A stretch of 64,000 bases of DNA from Clostridiaceae bacterium. GTDB lineage: Bacteria > Bacillota > Clostridia > Oscillospirales > Acutalibacteraceae. A model generated the notes under the pieces. That model did no database searches. It worked only from the letters and a program-made list of their open reading frames with translations, and had not been told where the DNA came from. Positions 16,153 to 27,300 of the stretch are shown one piece after another; the stretch's first letter is position 1, and the number at the start of each line of letters is the position of its first letter. The stretch lies in NCBI GenBank assembly GCA_016296885.1, contig JAEDHT010000006.1, positions 150 through 64,149 on the forward strand, given 5' to 3'. A program made the position numbers and the translations under genes.

Positions 16153-17952
16153 TTGAAGAAAGTACGTGGCAACACCTTACCACAGGAAAAGAAATCCGGT
16201 GACAAGGATAAAAATGATATTAGTTCCAATTCTAAATTGGGTAAAAAAAAGATAATAATATTAAGTGTTTGTTCAGTAATAGCAATAATTATTGCTATTC
16301 TTCTGATAACATTTACACAATCACAAAATAATCCATATATCAATAACAAAACAGACTCTGCCAGCTCTGAAGTTGACTTCTATAGCGAGCTTGGTAAGAC
16401 CGATCTTTCCAAAATTAATATAACCGATAAATCAAAAAGCTTTGTTAAGGGAATTAAAATTTCCGGTTATGACTTGAGCAGCAAGACATACAACGAGGTT
16501 TATTCACATTTTGAAGCTAATATAAAGGACTTTGTGGAAGATATTTCATACATAATCGACTGTGAGGGCACACAGAAAACCCTTACAAAAGAGGACTTTG
16601 TCTTTAACGCCGATTATGCTTCCGTAGTAGACAAGGCATATGCTATCAGCACACTTGCCAGAAGTCTACAAATAACCCAGCTTCCAAAAGACACAGACTT
16701 GGAGCTGGAATATGAGATGGAAGAGGAATCTATCTCTATGGCTATTGATAAAATCGCTGAGCTTGTAGACGATGAAGCAACAGGCGTGGAGCTTGTTTCT
16801 TTTGATCCTTCTGCATCCGAAGGCAAACAATTCGTGTTTAAGGACAACGGCGGAGGAAAAGCCCTCGATAGGGAAGATGCTATAGCGAAGCTTACAAAGC
16901 TTATAAAATCCGGAGAGAAGGAAGGCACAGTATCGTGCGTAAAATCTGTTCCCGAAGGCGGACTTATAGCCAATGACCTCAATCAGAAGATGAAGCTTAT
17001 ATCTACCTTTAGCACAACATCAACTAATAATTCTAACGCAAACCATAATATGGAACTTGCATTATCTTCTGTAAACGGAACTCTTTTAAACCCTGGTGAT
17101 ACATTCTCTTTTAATGCTTGTACAGGTGATAGTAACCTCACATCATTAGGTTATCTACCTGCAGGTGTAATAATGAACGGAAGAAGTGCTGTTGGTATTG
17201 GCGGTGGTATATGCCAAGCTTCCACAACTATTTATAATGCCGGTCTGCGTGCAGGCCTTACAATAGTCGAGAGATATGCTCACGCATGGCCTTCAACATA
17301 TGCACAGCAGGGTCTTGATGCTACAATCGACTATCCTAATCTTGACCTAAAAATGAAGAACAATGGCAGTTATCCTGTATATATAAACTGTTATATGTCA
17401 GGTGTTACTCTCACTTGCAATATGTATAGTGTACCATCCACTGAATGGGATGAAATCACCTGTGATTCTTGGACCTCCGGTTATGGCGCCGGAGGTAGCT
17501 GGACAGTAGCCGCTTCAAGAACATTTTGGTTAAATGGCAAAGAAGTGAAGACCGAGGCACTGAAATCCTCCAGCTACTGTTATCCATCATCCTCGTCAGA
17601 GGACGACGATGAAAGCTCATCATCAAAATCCTCTTCTAAGAAATCATCCAGCTCAAAACCAAATTCCAGCTCGGAAAGCAGTTCTGATTTAACATCTTCT
17701 GCCACATCATCGGTAGATGTGCCCGCAAGCTCAGCTCCTGATAATAATACTTCTTCTATCGTTGATATCACCAGCGATCCTATTTCATTTGAGAGCGATG
17801 CACCATCCTCTTCAGAAGCACCAATTACAAGTAGCAGGGAGCCTATAGAAAGCAGTTCAAGCTCAAATACAAGCTCAAATACAAGCTCAAATACAAATTC
17901 AGATAGAAGTTCAGATACTAGTTCAAATAATACAAGTGCAGATGCACCATAA
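16153..17952 (+). CDS. VanW family protein with Ser-rich C-terminal tail
   Basis: N-terminal TM segment. VanW core GDTFSFN...GGGICQASTTIYNA...ERYAH. The last ~130 aa are Ser-rich low complexity. TTG start after a GAGAGG RBS. Confidence 0.8.
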   Translation: MKKVRGNTLPQEKKSGDKDKNDISSNSKLGKKKIIILSVCSVIAIIIAILLITFTQSQNNPYINNKTDSASSEVDFYSELGKTDLSKINITDKSKSFVKGIKISGYDLSSKTYNEVYSHFEANIKDFVEDISYIIDCEGTQKTLTKEDFVFNADYASVVDKAYAISTLARSLQITQLPKDTDLELEYEMEEESISMAIDKIAELVDDEATGVELVSFDPSASEGKQFVFKDNGGGKALDREDAIAKLTKLIKSGEKEGTVSCVKSVPEGGLIANDLNQKMKLISTFSTTSTNNSNANHNMELALSSVNGTLLNPGDTFSFNACTGDSNLTSLGYLPAGVIMNGRSAVGIGGGICQASTTIYNAGLRAGLTIVERYAHAWPSTYAQQGLDATIDYPNLDLKMKNNGSYPVYINCYMSGVTLTCNMYSVPSTEWDEITCDSWTSGYGAGGSWTVAASRTFWLNGKEVKTEALKSSSYCYPSSSSEDDDESSSSKSSSKKSSSSKPNSSSESSSDLTSSATSSVDVPASSAPDNNTSSIVDITSDPISFESDAPSSSEAPITSSREPIESSSSSNTSSNTSSNTNSDRSSDTSSNNTSADAP

Positions 17953-17970
17953 AATAGTAAAAAATATTTA

Positions 17971-18007
17971 TACCCACGTAGGACCTATCTCCTGCGTGGG
18001 TATTTTT
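17971..18007. terminator. bidirectional rho-independent terminator
   Basis: TACCCACG (17971-17978) / CGTGGGTA (17995-18002), A-rich (mixed A/T) before and a T-run after, between convergent genes. Confidence 0.8.
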
Positions 18008-18956
18008 AGTTGTTTTCGGTTTTTATTTGAAATTCTGAATAAAACTCCTTTGTCTCGCTATTTCTTGTCACTGTAGATTGATGTTCATTTAACAATTTTG
18101 TTAGCGAATACAGATTTATCCATATTTCATTATTTCCCTCTTTTTGGCTTTCATCAAAAATGAGTTGCACACCAAAGTGCAGATGACTGCTTTCTATCCC
18201 ATTTGTGTTTTCGGTGGAACTATATCCTGTTCTCCCCACATAGCCTATCACATCACCAGCATTAACCTTTTTCCCTTCATAGAGATCGCAGTGGTATGGT
18301 CTGTTTTGGCGTAAATGGGCATAGTAGTAGTATCTTTTGGTGTCATTACTTCTTATACCCACTCTCCATCCGCCATACTGGTTCCATCCCAACACCTCTA
18401 CAACACCGGATTCTATTGCAATTACAGGTGTGCCCGTGAGTGCCATAAGATCATGGCCCAGATGCTGTCTCTTGTAACCATATGTCCTTGATGCTCCAAA
18501 ATCGTCATAATCATTATAATAGAATCCCGATGCAATAGGCGAATAAACCTTTAGTCCATATGTACCATCTTCTCTTTCTCCTAAATACTCAGACAGCACT
18601 GCTGAATATACTTCACGATAATATCTATAATATTTCATAGATCGTGTTATGTCGCTCATTTTTTCTCCTTTATTAAGCGAGTCTATCAATTTATCAAGAT
18701 CGCCGGAGCGATATTTAGAAAAATCACCTCCGTATTTTGCACCCAAATATGCCAGAAGATCTATCCAGTTTTTCTTGATTTTTTGATCGTGCGAGTCTAT
18801 GTCATATTTCATTGTATCTTTTAATGCATTGTAGGTCACATTGAATTCTGCATACTTTATATAGTCTTTATTATCATTTGTAGTAAGCCCAAGCATAGCA
18901 AATATGGTGCCTATAAAGAGAAACGTACAAAAAGCTGAGATTACTCTTCTTTTCAT
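18006..18956 (-). CDS. M23 family metallopeptidase
   Basis: HLGHDL...GTPV.A...G.V and GYVGRTGYS...HLHFGV are M23 zinc-site motifs. N-terminal TM segment. Start at MKRRVISAF (CAT at 18954-18956). Confidence 0.85.
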   Translation of the reverse strand: MKRRVISAFCTFLFIGTIFAMLGLTTNDNKDYIKYAEFNVTYNALKDTMKYDIDSHDQKIKKNWIDLLAYLGAKYGGDFSKYRSGDLDKLIDSLNKGEKMSDITRSMKYYRYYREVYSAVLSEYLGEREDGTYGLKVYSPIASGFYYNDYDDFGASRTYGYKRQHLGHDLMALTGTPVIAIESGVVEVLGWNQYGGWRVGIRSNDTKRYYYYAHLRQNRPYHCDLYEGKKVNAGDVIGYVGRTGYSSTENTNGIESSHLHFGVQLIFDESQKEGNNEIWINLYSLTKLLNEHQSTVTRNSETKEFYSEFQIKTENN

Positions 18957-19093
18957 TTTTCTATCACCTCTTCCCCTTTGAATATATGGAGATAGCAATA
19001 TAAAATATTCCACAAAAATGATGACAACTCTATTTTTTTATGATATAATATTTCGATAATAGATAATTAGACTCTTACTAAGAAGGTTGAAAA

Positions 19094-19450
19094 ATGTTAA
19101 TTAATCCACTTGTTTTGCTTATCACAACTGCATTTATTGTGTTAATTATAATGTATTGCATTGTAAAAAAACCGGATTTTCCGTTGCTTACGTTGTCATC
19201 AATACTGCTGTTTGGTATATATGTCTTTTTTGCATATTCAATCAATAGCTTAATGTATTCTAAAGACTATGTGTTGAGCGATAATTCTGCATACACAATT
19301 ATAAAAATCATTACAACTGTTTATGATTTCTCTTATACAAAGCTGGAATCAGCCTTTTCTCAATATATGATTATTATGATGATACTTGCTGTATTGAGCA
19401 TTATTTCAATTTGTATTGACATTAATAGAATATTCTTTAAAAACAAATAA
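19094..19450 (+). CDS. hypothetical membrane protein
   Basis: 118-aa ORF with 3 hydrophobic segments and a GAAGG RBS. No family recognised. Confidence 0.45.
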   Translation: MLINPLVLLITTAFIVLIIMYCIVKKPDFPLLTLSSILLFGIYVFFAYSINSLMYSKDYVLSDNSAYTIIKIITTVYDFSYTKLESAFSQYMIIMMILAVLSIISICIDINRIFFKNK

Positions 19451-19466
19451 TTAAGGAAAAAAATAA

Positions 19467-20405
19467 ATGAAGATTATAAATAAAATTACGTCACTAGGCT
19501 CACCAGCTACTGTTGCCTTAGGTTTTTTTGACGGTGTCCATCTGGGGCATCAAAAGGTGATAACCTCTGCAATAAAATGTGCAAAGAAAAATAATTTAAA
19601 ATCAGTTGTCCTGACTTTTGACAAAAGTCCATCTATATTCTTAAATTTGCCTGAAAAAGAGCTTATTACAGAAAATCAGGAAAAATGCGAGCTTTTTGAA
19701 GAGCTTGGCGTTGATGCCACCTATCTGTTGCCATTTGAGGAGTTAATTGACCTTACACCCGATGATTTTGTAAAAAAAATATTGATAAAAACTCTTAATG
19801 TAAAGCATATTTTTTGCGGATTCAACTATCGTTTTGGAAAAGATGGCAAGGGTACTTGTGAAGACCTTGCAAGAATCTGCAATGAGTGCGGAATAGAACT
19901 CACAATCGTGGCACCGGTGTCGTACGATGGTGAAATAATAAGCTCCTCCCGAATCAGAGTAGCCCTCGAAAAAGGCGATATCTTATCAGCCAATGCAATG
20001 CTTGGCCATCCCGTAGCAATAGATGCCAGAGTCAATACAGGCAGAAAGCTGGGAAAACGTCTTGGCTTTCCTACTGTAAATCAAAATATGTCAAAAAGTC
20101 ATGTTTTGCCACTATTTGGAGTTTATGCTTCGGTTTTAGTCTATAAAGACAAAAAATATCCTGCTATCACTAACATCGGTATCAAACCCACCGTGGGAGC
20201 AGATGGTCCTGTAGCAGAAACTTGGGCATTTGACACTGATTTGGGTAGCCTTTACAATAAACGAGTGCTTGTTCAGCTGATAGATTTTGTGCGAATGGAA
20301 AAGAAATTTTCAAGTCTGGATGAGCTTAAAGCTAATGTTATAAGCGATGCAGAAAATGTCAAAAAAATGTTCAAAGAGCATTACTATCATTATATAGGGG
20401 ATTAA
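19467..20405 (+). CDS. ribF: bifunctional riboflavin kinase / FMN adenylyltransferase
   Basis: ALGFFDGVHLGHQKV, then the C-terminal riboflavin kinase pattern GRKLGFPT.N...GVYA. Confidence 0.9.
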   Translation: MKIINKITSLGSPATVALGFFDGVHLGHQKVITSAIKCAKKNNLKSVVLTFDKSPSIFLNLPEKELITENQEKCELFEELGVDATYLLPFEELIDLTPDDFVKKILIKTLNVKHIFCGFNYRFGKDGKGTCEDLARICNECGIELTIVAPVSYDGEIISSSRIRVALEKGDILSANAMLGHPVAIDARVNTGRKLGKRLGFPTVNQNMSKSHVLPLFGVYASVLVYKDKKYPAITNIGIKPTVGADGPVAETWAFDTDLGSLYNKRVLVQLIDFVRMEKKFSSLDELKANVISDAENVKKMFKEHYYHYIGD

Positions 20406-20408
20406 ATT

Positions 20409-22088
20409 ATGACTATAAAAAACAGAGATAGAGAAACAATTAAATGGATTATATCGGTCAGTAAAAAGTTTTTGCCACATATGATTATTCTAACCATAAT
20501 AACTATGGTTTCTTCCTGTTTTGGCGCTATATTTGCATTATTATCAAAAAACTTTATAAACGCCGCTACAGCAAGAGATAAAGATGAGATGATAATGACA
20601 TTTATAGAAATTGTGTCATTGGTACTGATACTTCTTTTGATAAGGATAGTGATAATGTACCTTCGTGATTACATATCATCTCGACTTAATATAGCGTATA
20701 AAACATATTTGTTTGATAATATTATAAGAAAAAAATATGCATTAATTTCACCTTATCACAGTGGAGATCTACTAAATAGAATAACAAGTGACATCGGTGT
20801 TGCATCCGGCACTGTAGCCACCTTTATACCATCAGTTGGTGCGTTAATAACGCAAATGGTGTCTGCTTTAATCGTTATCTATTCTATAGATTCCACGTTT
20901 GCAATTGTTTTTGTTGTGGGTGGTATATTAGTATTCCTTTTAAGCAGAATATTCAAAAATTATTCTAAAAAGCTTTATAAGCAAGGACAAGAAACAGACG
21001 GCAAAACACGCTCTTTTATACAAGAAGCAATAGAAAATATGCTTGTAATAAAAACTTTTTCGGGCGAAGATAAAATAACTAAAAAAGCCGAAGAATTTCA
21101 AGAAGAAAACTATAAAATAAAAGTTAAACGTCGTTATTTGGCAATATTCAGAAAAACCAGCATGAACCTTTTGATGCAGGGTGGATTTATATATGCGCTC
21201 ACATGGGGTGTAATAGGAATATATAATGGAATGGACTATGGTACAGTGATTGCACTTACACAGCTTGTAGGTCAGGTTCAAACACCTTTTTCCGGTCTTT
21301 CCTCCTTGGTTTCAAGTTGGTTTAACCTATCAGCATCCGTAGAAAGAATACTCGATATATGCAACCTGAGTGAAGAAAGTAAAGATGGTAAGCTGATGAC
21401 TAAAGAAGACGTAACAAAAGTCTATAACGACCTTGATAAAATTGAATTTAAAAACATTTCATTTAAATATGATAGAAACAGCATATTTGAAGATGCTAAT
21501 CTCACAATCAACAAAGGCGATTTTGTTACAATAATGGGAATATCAGGAATTGGTAAAAGCACTCTGATGAAATTGCTCTTAGGAGTTTATGACTGCGAGG
21601 GTGAAATCAAATTTAAGCTCAAAAATGAAGATTTAAATGCAAACTATTGTACAAGACCTCTATTCTCATATGTTCCTCAGGGCAATATGCTGTTATCAGG
21701 CACAATAAGAGAAAATATTGTTTTTACAAGTGAAAATATTACCGAAGATGATATTAACGAAGCAATACGTCTAAGCTGTGCAGACGACTTTATCAAAGAT
21801 TTCCCGCAAGGTCTTGATACAGTAATTGGCGAAAAGGGTACCGGACTCTCAGAAGGTCAAACTCAACGTATTGCAATCGCACGTGCGCTTGTTACTAAGG
21901 CACCGATAATTCTTCTCGACGAAGCCACCTCAGCATTAGATGAATACACAGAGGACAAGCTTCTCAAAAATCTGAAAAATCTAAACAATATGACCTGCAT
22001 AATAATAAGCCACAAGAGAGCTGCACTAGACATCTGCAACAGACACATCGCCATAGAAGATAAGATAATTGTTGAGGTTGAGGATTAA
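20409..22088 (+). CDS. ABC exporter, fused permease/ATPase (type I, homodimeric half-transporter)
   Basis: About 6 TM segments, then Walker A GISGIGKST, signature LSEGQTQR and Walker B ILLDEATSALD. Confidence 0.9.
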   Translation: MTIKNRDRETIKWIISVSKKFLPHMIILTIITMVSSCFGAIFALLSKNFINAATARDKDEMIMTFIEIVSLVLILLLIRIVIMYLRDYISSRLNIAYKTYLFDNIIRKKYALISPYHSGDLLNRITSDIGVASGTVATFIPSVGALITQMVSALIVIYSIDSTFAIVFVVGGILVFLLSRIFKNYSKKLYKQGQETDGKTRSFIQEAIENMLVIKTFSGEDKITKKAEEFQEENYKIKVKRRYLAIFRKTSMNLLMQGGFIYALTWGVIGIYNGMDYGTVIALTQLVGQVQTPFSGLSSLVSSWFNLSASVERILDICNLSEESKDGKLMTKEDVTKVYNDLDKIEFKNISFKYDRNSIFEDANLTINKGDFVTIMGISGIGKSTLMKLLLGVYDCEGEIKFKLKNEDLNANYCTRPLFSYVPQGNMLLSGTIRENIVFTSENITEDDINEAIRLSCADDFIKDFPQGLDTVIGEKGTGLSEGQTQRIAIARALVTKAPIILLDEATSALDEYTEDKLLKNLKNLNNMTCIIISHKRAALDICNRHIAIEDKIIVEVED

Positions 22089-23230
22089 TGAACCTTTATA
22101 ATGAAGTAAAAGAATGTCTTGCTGATATATTACCGATTAGAGATAAAATTCACTCTAATCCGGAATTAAGCTTTGAAGAACATAATACTACAAAAATAAT
22201 TAAAGATTTTCTTTTGGATATTGGTATTGATGTAATAGACCTCGGTACTGATACCGGTGTGGTGGGTGTGTTGCGCTGTAAAAATAAAAACTCAAAAAAA
22301 ATTGCTCTGCGTGCTGATATAGATGCCATTGCCACAGATAATGGAGCTATGCATTTATGCGGACATGACTATCACACTTCTGCGCTTTTGTGCTGTGCTA
22401 AATATGCATCACAGAATATTGATAAAATCAAAAATAATGCCATATTTATTTTTCAGCCGGCAGAAGAAACCACCACTGGTGCTAAATATCTCATAAACAA
22501 TGGTCTTTGGGATAAGTTTCCATTTGCACCCGATATGATGTTCGGTATACATAATCGCCCGGAGATGGCAGATGGTACTGTGAGAGTGCAAAGTGGTCCA
22601 TTGATGTCGTCTAAAAGCGATTTTACAATTACTGTAAAGGGAAAGACAGGTCATAGCGGTTCGCCACATCAGTGTATAGACCCTATAACCGCTAGTGCAA
22701 GTATAGTGCAGGCAGTGCAAACTATAATCAGTAGAAATACTGATCCTTTCCAACCATGTGTATGTGCCATATGTTCCATTCACGGTGGCTCTCCCTCAAA
22801 CTTTGCCCCTGAAAGCGTGACAATGACCGGAAGCATACGCTCTCTCGACAAAGATACTCACATTAATTGTGAAAGAAGACTAAGAGAAATTGTAGCTAAC
22901 ACTTGTAGCGCTTATGGTTGCACTTGCGATATTGATATAAAATCACTTGTGCCGGTGCTAAATAACACAGAAGCGATGACAGAAAAAGCTTTAAAAATAG
23001 CTCAAAACGCTGTATCAGATGATAAAATTGTGACCTCTACCCCATGCATGGGCAGTGAAGATTTTTCAGTATATGGCGAGTATATTCCGTATTATTTTTA
23101 TTGGATAGGCAGTGGCAAGGCAGGATATGATAATGCACCTTGGCATAGTGCCGACTTTTCAATTGGAGAAGAATTTTTGCCTACGGCATCTTCTATATTC
23201 GTAAGCGCCCTGATGACAGAGCTTAATTAA
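22088..23230 (+). CDS. M20D family amidohydrolase (N-acyl-amino-acid amidohydrolase-like)
   Basis: IHSNPELSFEE..T, LRADIDA, CGHD.H, FQPAEE and GKTGHSGSPH. The start overlaps the ABC stop (TAATG). Confidence 0.85.
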   Translation: MNLYNEVKECLADILPIRDKIHSNPELSFEEHNTTKIIKDFLLDIGIDVIDLGTDTGVVGVLRCKNKNSKKIALRADIDAIATDNGAMHLCGHDYHTSALLCCAKYASQNIDKIKNNAIFIFQPAEETTTGAKYLINNGLWDKFPFAPDMMFGIHNRPEMADGTVRVQSGPLMSSKSDFTITVKGKTGHSGSPHQCIDPITASASIVQAVQTIISRNTDPFQPCVCAICSIHGGSPSNFAPESVTMTGSIRSLDKDTHINCERRLREIVANTCSAYGCTCDIDIKSLVPVLNNTEAMTEKALKIAQNAVSDDKIVTSTPCMGSEDFSVYGEYIPYYFYWIGSGKAGYDNAPWHSADFSIGEEFLPTASSIFVSALMTELN

Positions 23231-23251
23231 TAAAAAATTTTTGGTGATCGT

Positions 23252-24136
23252 ATGAAAATAATTACTGTAAATGACTATGTAAAACAAAAGTACGGCAAAA
23301 AAATGTATAAGCTTGCGCTTAGTTGTTCAACCACCTGCCCGAACAGAGATGGAACTATCGGCACAGGTGGTTGTATTTTTTGCCCAAATGGTGCATCTGA
23401 CGGATTCGCACAGCTTGCAGATGTGCCTATATCCGAGCAAATTGAAAAAGCTAAAGCTCTGGTGGAATCGAAGAATAAAGGCGGTGGGTATATTGCTTAT
23501 TTTCAGACCTTCACCATCACTTATGCCCCGATATCACATTTACGCAAAGTCTTCTTTGAGACCATAAACAGAAACGATATAGACATACTTTCAATGGCCA
23601 CACGTCCTGATTGTCTGGATGATGATGTGTTATCTCTGATAGCAGAGCTAAACAAAATCAAACCTGTATGGGTTGAGCTTGGACTTCAAACTATCCACAA
23701 AAAGACTGCAGATTACATAAGGCGTGGATATGAGCTTGATGTATATGACCATGCAATTAAGAAATTAAAAGACATTGGTGTGCATACAATAGTTCATCTT
23801 ATAATCGGACTTCCCGGCGAGAGTGAACAGGATATGATATCTTCTGCAAAATATGTAGGTCAAAGTGGCGCTGATGGCATCAAGCTTCAGCTTTTGCACA
23901 TACTAAGAGGATGCGACCTGGAAAACGAATATAACAACGGTAAAATTCACGTGCTCGAACTTGAAGAATACACCAATATTCTATGTAAATGTATAGCTGT
24001 CTTGCCCGAAGATATTGTTATACATCGTCTTACAGGTGATGGTGCCAAATCTCAACTGATAGCTCCTCTCTGGAGTGGTGACAAGAAGCGTGTTATGAAC
24101 TATGTAAACAGAGCTATAGCCGAATATAAACCTTAA
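23252..24136 (+). CDS. TIGR01212 (YhcC-like) radical SAM protein
   Basis: CPNRDGTIGTGGCIFC cluster and overall YhcC-like length and pattern. Confidence 0.8.
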   Translation: MKIITVNDYVKQKYGKKMYKLALSCSTTCPNRDGTIGTGGCIFCPNGASDGFAQLADVPISEQIEKAKALVESKNKGGGYIAYFQTFTITYAPISHLRKVFFETINRNDIDILSMATRPDCLDDDVLSLIAELNKIKPVWVELGLQTIHKKTADYIRRGYELDVYDHAIKKLKDIGVHTIVHLIIGLPGESEQDMISSAKYVGQSGADGIKLQLLHILRGCDLENEYNNGKIHVLELEEYTNILCKCIAVLPEDIVIHRLTGDGAKSQLIAPLWSGDKKRVMNYVNRAIAEYKP

Positions 24137-24167
24137 GATACTTAAAACCCACACACAATACAAAAAA

Positions 24168-24210
24168 GCGAGTATTTGCAATCAATTAAATGCAAATACT
24201 CGCTTTCTAT
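24168..24210. terminator. bidirectional rho-independent terminator
   Basis: Perfect 13-bp stem GCGAGTATTTGCA (24168-24180) / TGCAAATACTCGC (24191-24203), flanked by A6 and a T-rich run, between convergent genes. Confidence 0.8.
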
Positions 24211-24318
24211 TTATTGTTTTTTTATGTGCGTATTAAAATGTACCTTTTAGCAAAAACCATTCGCTTTTTCTCTATCCTTACTTCCTTGTGAAAAAAGGAA
24301 GTAAGGAATAGAAAGTAA

Positions 24319-27300
24319 TCATGGATAGTTTCCGCCGTTTATAGGGCCATTAGTTGCAGGGAAGGTCTTGTCGTCAATGACTTCGTCGTTCAAAATGGCG
24401 TTTATATATCTCTCCAAATACTCACTCTGAGCTACTGCGCTGGAGTTGTGGGTGAGAATATAGTCTGCCACGTTCTTGAGGTTAGCTTTGTAGCCATATC
24501 CACAAGCCTTAGAACCTGTTTCTGTTACGTAATGATAACGCTCTATGCCACTAGCATCAGTGTAATTAACGTATGTTCTAGCAGCAAAGTCTGTGGAATA
24601 ATCAGGAACCGCGATGTTATTGATAACGGTTGAGAATACGTTGTAATTTGTACCTGCATAAAGCTTGTTTACAGCAGGTGACTTAATAACTTCATATTTG
24701 CCGTTAGCATCCGGAACGCATCTTTCTGCCACAAGACCGCCATTCTCTGCTACATCTGCATATGCAAGTAGGTGACCATAAGTTACTGTTGTTGATGATA
24801 CAGATTGAAGCTCACTTACAAGTGATTTGCTTATTCTTGATACAAATCTCAAGCCTGTGCCACCATATGTAGGTGAATATACAGCTCTGATCTGGACACC
24901 CATAAGCTCAAGTCCGCTAAGCTCTTTGCTTACATCTCCAAAACGAACAATTGTATCGTTTGGCTCCTGAGTTACTGTGTTTATCTTAGCCCAGCCAGCA
25001 TAGAGAACCGTATCTGAGCTTAGCACATCAGTACTCTTGTAAGCATTATTCTTATCATTGCTCTGAGCTGCACTTGCTGTCTTATACCAACCTGTAAATA
25101 CGTATCCATCTTTTTGTGGATAGATTGGCTTATCGCCACTATCTTTGAACACTGATGAATTAAGTGTGATGTTATCAGCAGAGTTGCACTCTATATCACT
25201 CAAGACAACAGTATTGTTTGTTAATGAATCAACATAAGAAATGCTAGACCCATCAGGATTTTTAAATGAAACAGTGAATACATCTTCTTCCCATACTGCA
25301 TAAAGAGTTACTGTTCCGTTGTTAGTAGCTGTTAGATTTGATACAGACTGCTTATCTGTGTATACAGCCTTTGTTGCTGTGCTTGCTGTATCCCATCCCT
25401 TGAATGAGTAACCACTCTTTGTAAATGCGTTAGCTGTGAGCACCTTGTATACATCATATGTAAAGCTTTCGTCGCTCATAGTTCCTGAGCCACCATTTGC
25501 ATCAAACTTTACTGTATAAGTATGTGCTGTCCAGATTGCATACAATGTATGTGCACTTTCATTTGTCACGCTTGTTGAAGATGTTACTGCTGTGCCATCT
25601 GTCTTTGCTGTTGACCAGTTCTCAAATGTATAGCCTGTACGTGTTGGTGTTGGAAGTGTGCCATAGGTTGAACCATAAGTAACAGCCTTACTCTGGGCCT
25701 CACATGAGCCACCGTTTGCATCGAATGAAACTATGATATCACCCTTGGCTGTCCACACAGCATAGAGAGTTACTGTTCCATTGTTAGTAGCTGTGAGATT
25801 TGATACAGACTGTTTATCTGTGTAAACAACTTTTGTTGCTGTGCTTGCTGTATCCCATCCTGCGAATGTATAACCACTCTTTGTAAATGCGTTGGCTGGG
25901 AGTACCTTATACACATCATATGTGAAGCTCTCGTCGCTCATAGTACCTGAGCCACCATTTGCATCAAACTTTACTGTATAGGTGTTTGGTGTCCAATGGG
26001 CATATACGGTAAGATTATTAGCATATATCCATTTTTCTTCTGAGTTGAAGTATGATGTATCCGGTACACATTTATAATTAGAACCATAAACCTGTGTTCC
26101 ACCTGATGTTGCTGTGTACCAGCCATCAAATGTATAGCCGTTACGTGATGGCTTGTAATCAGCACCTTGAAGAGAATGATACTCTGATGAGTCGTATCTC
26201 ATGGTTACCGATGTTATTTTACTATAATTACCACCATTTGGATCGAGTGTGAGCGTGTAGGTTTTTGCTGTCCAATGGGCATATACCTTCAAATCATTAT
26301 CATATATCCATTTTTCTTCTGAGTTGAAGTATGATGTATCTGGTATACATTTATAATCAGAACCATAAACCTGTGTTCCACCTGATGCTGCTGTGTACCA
26401 GCCATCAAATGTATAGCCGTTACGTGATGGCTTATAATCAGTACCTTGAAGAGAATGATACCCTGATGAGTTGTATGTCATAGTAACTGATGTTACTTTG
26501 CTATAGTTGCCACCATTTGGATCAAGTGTGAGTGTGTATGTTTTTGCTGTCCAAATTGCATACAATGTATGTGCACTCTCATTTGTCACGCTTGTTGAAG
26601 ATGTCACTGCTGTGCCGTTTGTTTTTGCTGTTGACCAGTTCTTGAATGTATATCCTGTGAGTGTTGGTGTTGGAAGTGTGCCATAGGTTGAACCATAAGT
26701 AACAGTCTTACTTTCGGTTTCACATGAACCACCATTTGCATCAAACTTTACTGTATAAGTGTTTGGTATCCACTGGGCTGTTAGTGTGGTGTCAGTTGAA
26801 AGCTCATACATTGCGACATCACACCAATGATCGGATGCAATATATGTTGTATCGTCTTTCTTATAACCATTGAACACATATCCTGTTCTAGTTGGTAAAT
26901 CTTCTACATATCCATCTTCATCGAGGATAGTATTACATACACTATCGCTATAGATAGCATAGTCCTTTTTATCATTGACGCTGTTATAGACAAACCAAAA
27001 TTCGTCTGGGCCACCTGTTCCGCCGTTTTTATCAAGCGTGATATGAATTTTACTTACTGTCCAAACGGCATATGCTGTAGCATCATTACCACAGCCTGCG
27101 TCGTTTGCAATACCTTGGAATCCACTACGAAAGCTCGTTCCACCTGGCCAAGTAGCCTGTTTATCTTCATCTGTGGTGTCTGGTTCTCTAAAATATCCAA
27201 CAAATGTATAACCTTTCTTTGTTGGTGGTGTTATACTGTATTCGTTATTTTCATTATGTGGATATGCTATCGTACATTCTTCATCCTGATACCAAGTTAA

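Noticed and set aside
23252-24136. The radical SAM gene as the missing RiPP maturase for the PqqD cassette
   Set aside because: The sequence pattern (CPNRDGTIGTGGCIFC, ~294 aa, no SPASM Cys-rich C-terminus) fits the housekeeping TIGR01212/YhcC family. It lies in a separate operon 8 kb away.
24275-24307. Perfect 13-bp hairpin TCCTTACTTCCTT/AAGGAAGTAAGGA just after the stop of the 2231-aa gene, checked as a terminator
   Set aside because: No U-run follows it on either strand. The canonical bidirectional terminator is at 24168-24210. It may be a 3' stabilising hairpin, so it is not called as a terminator.
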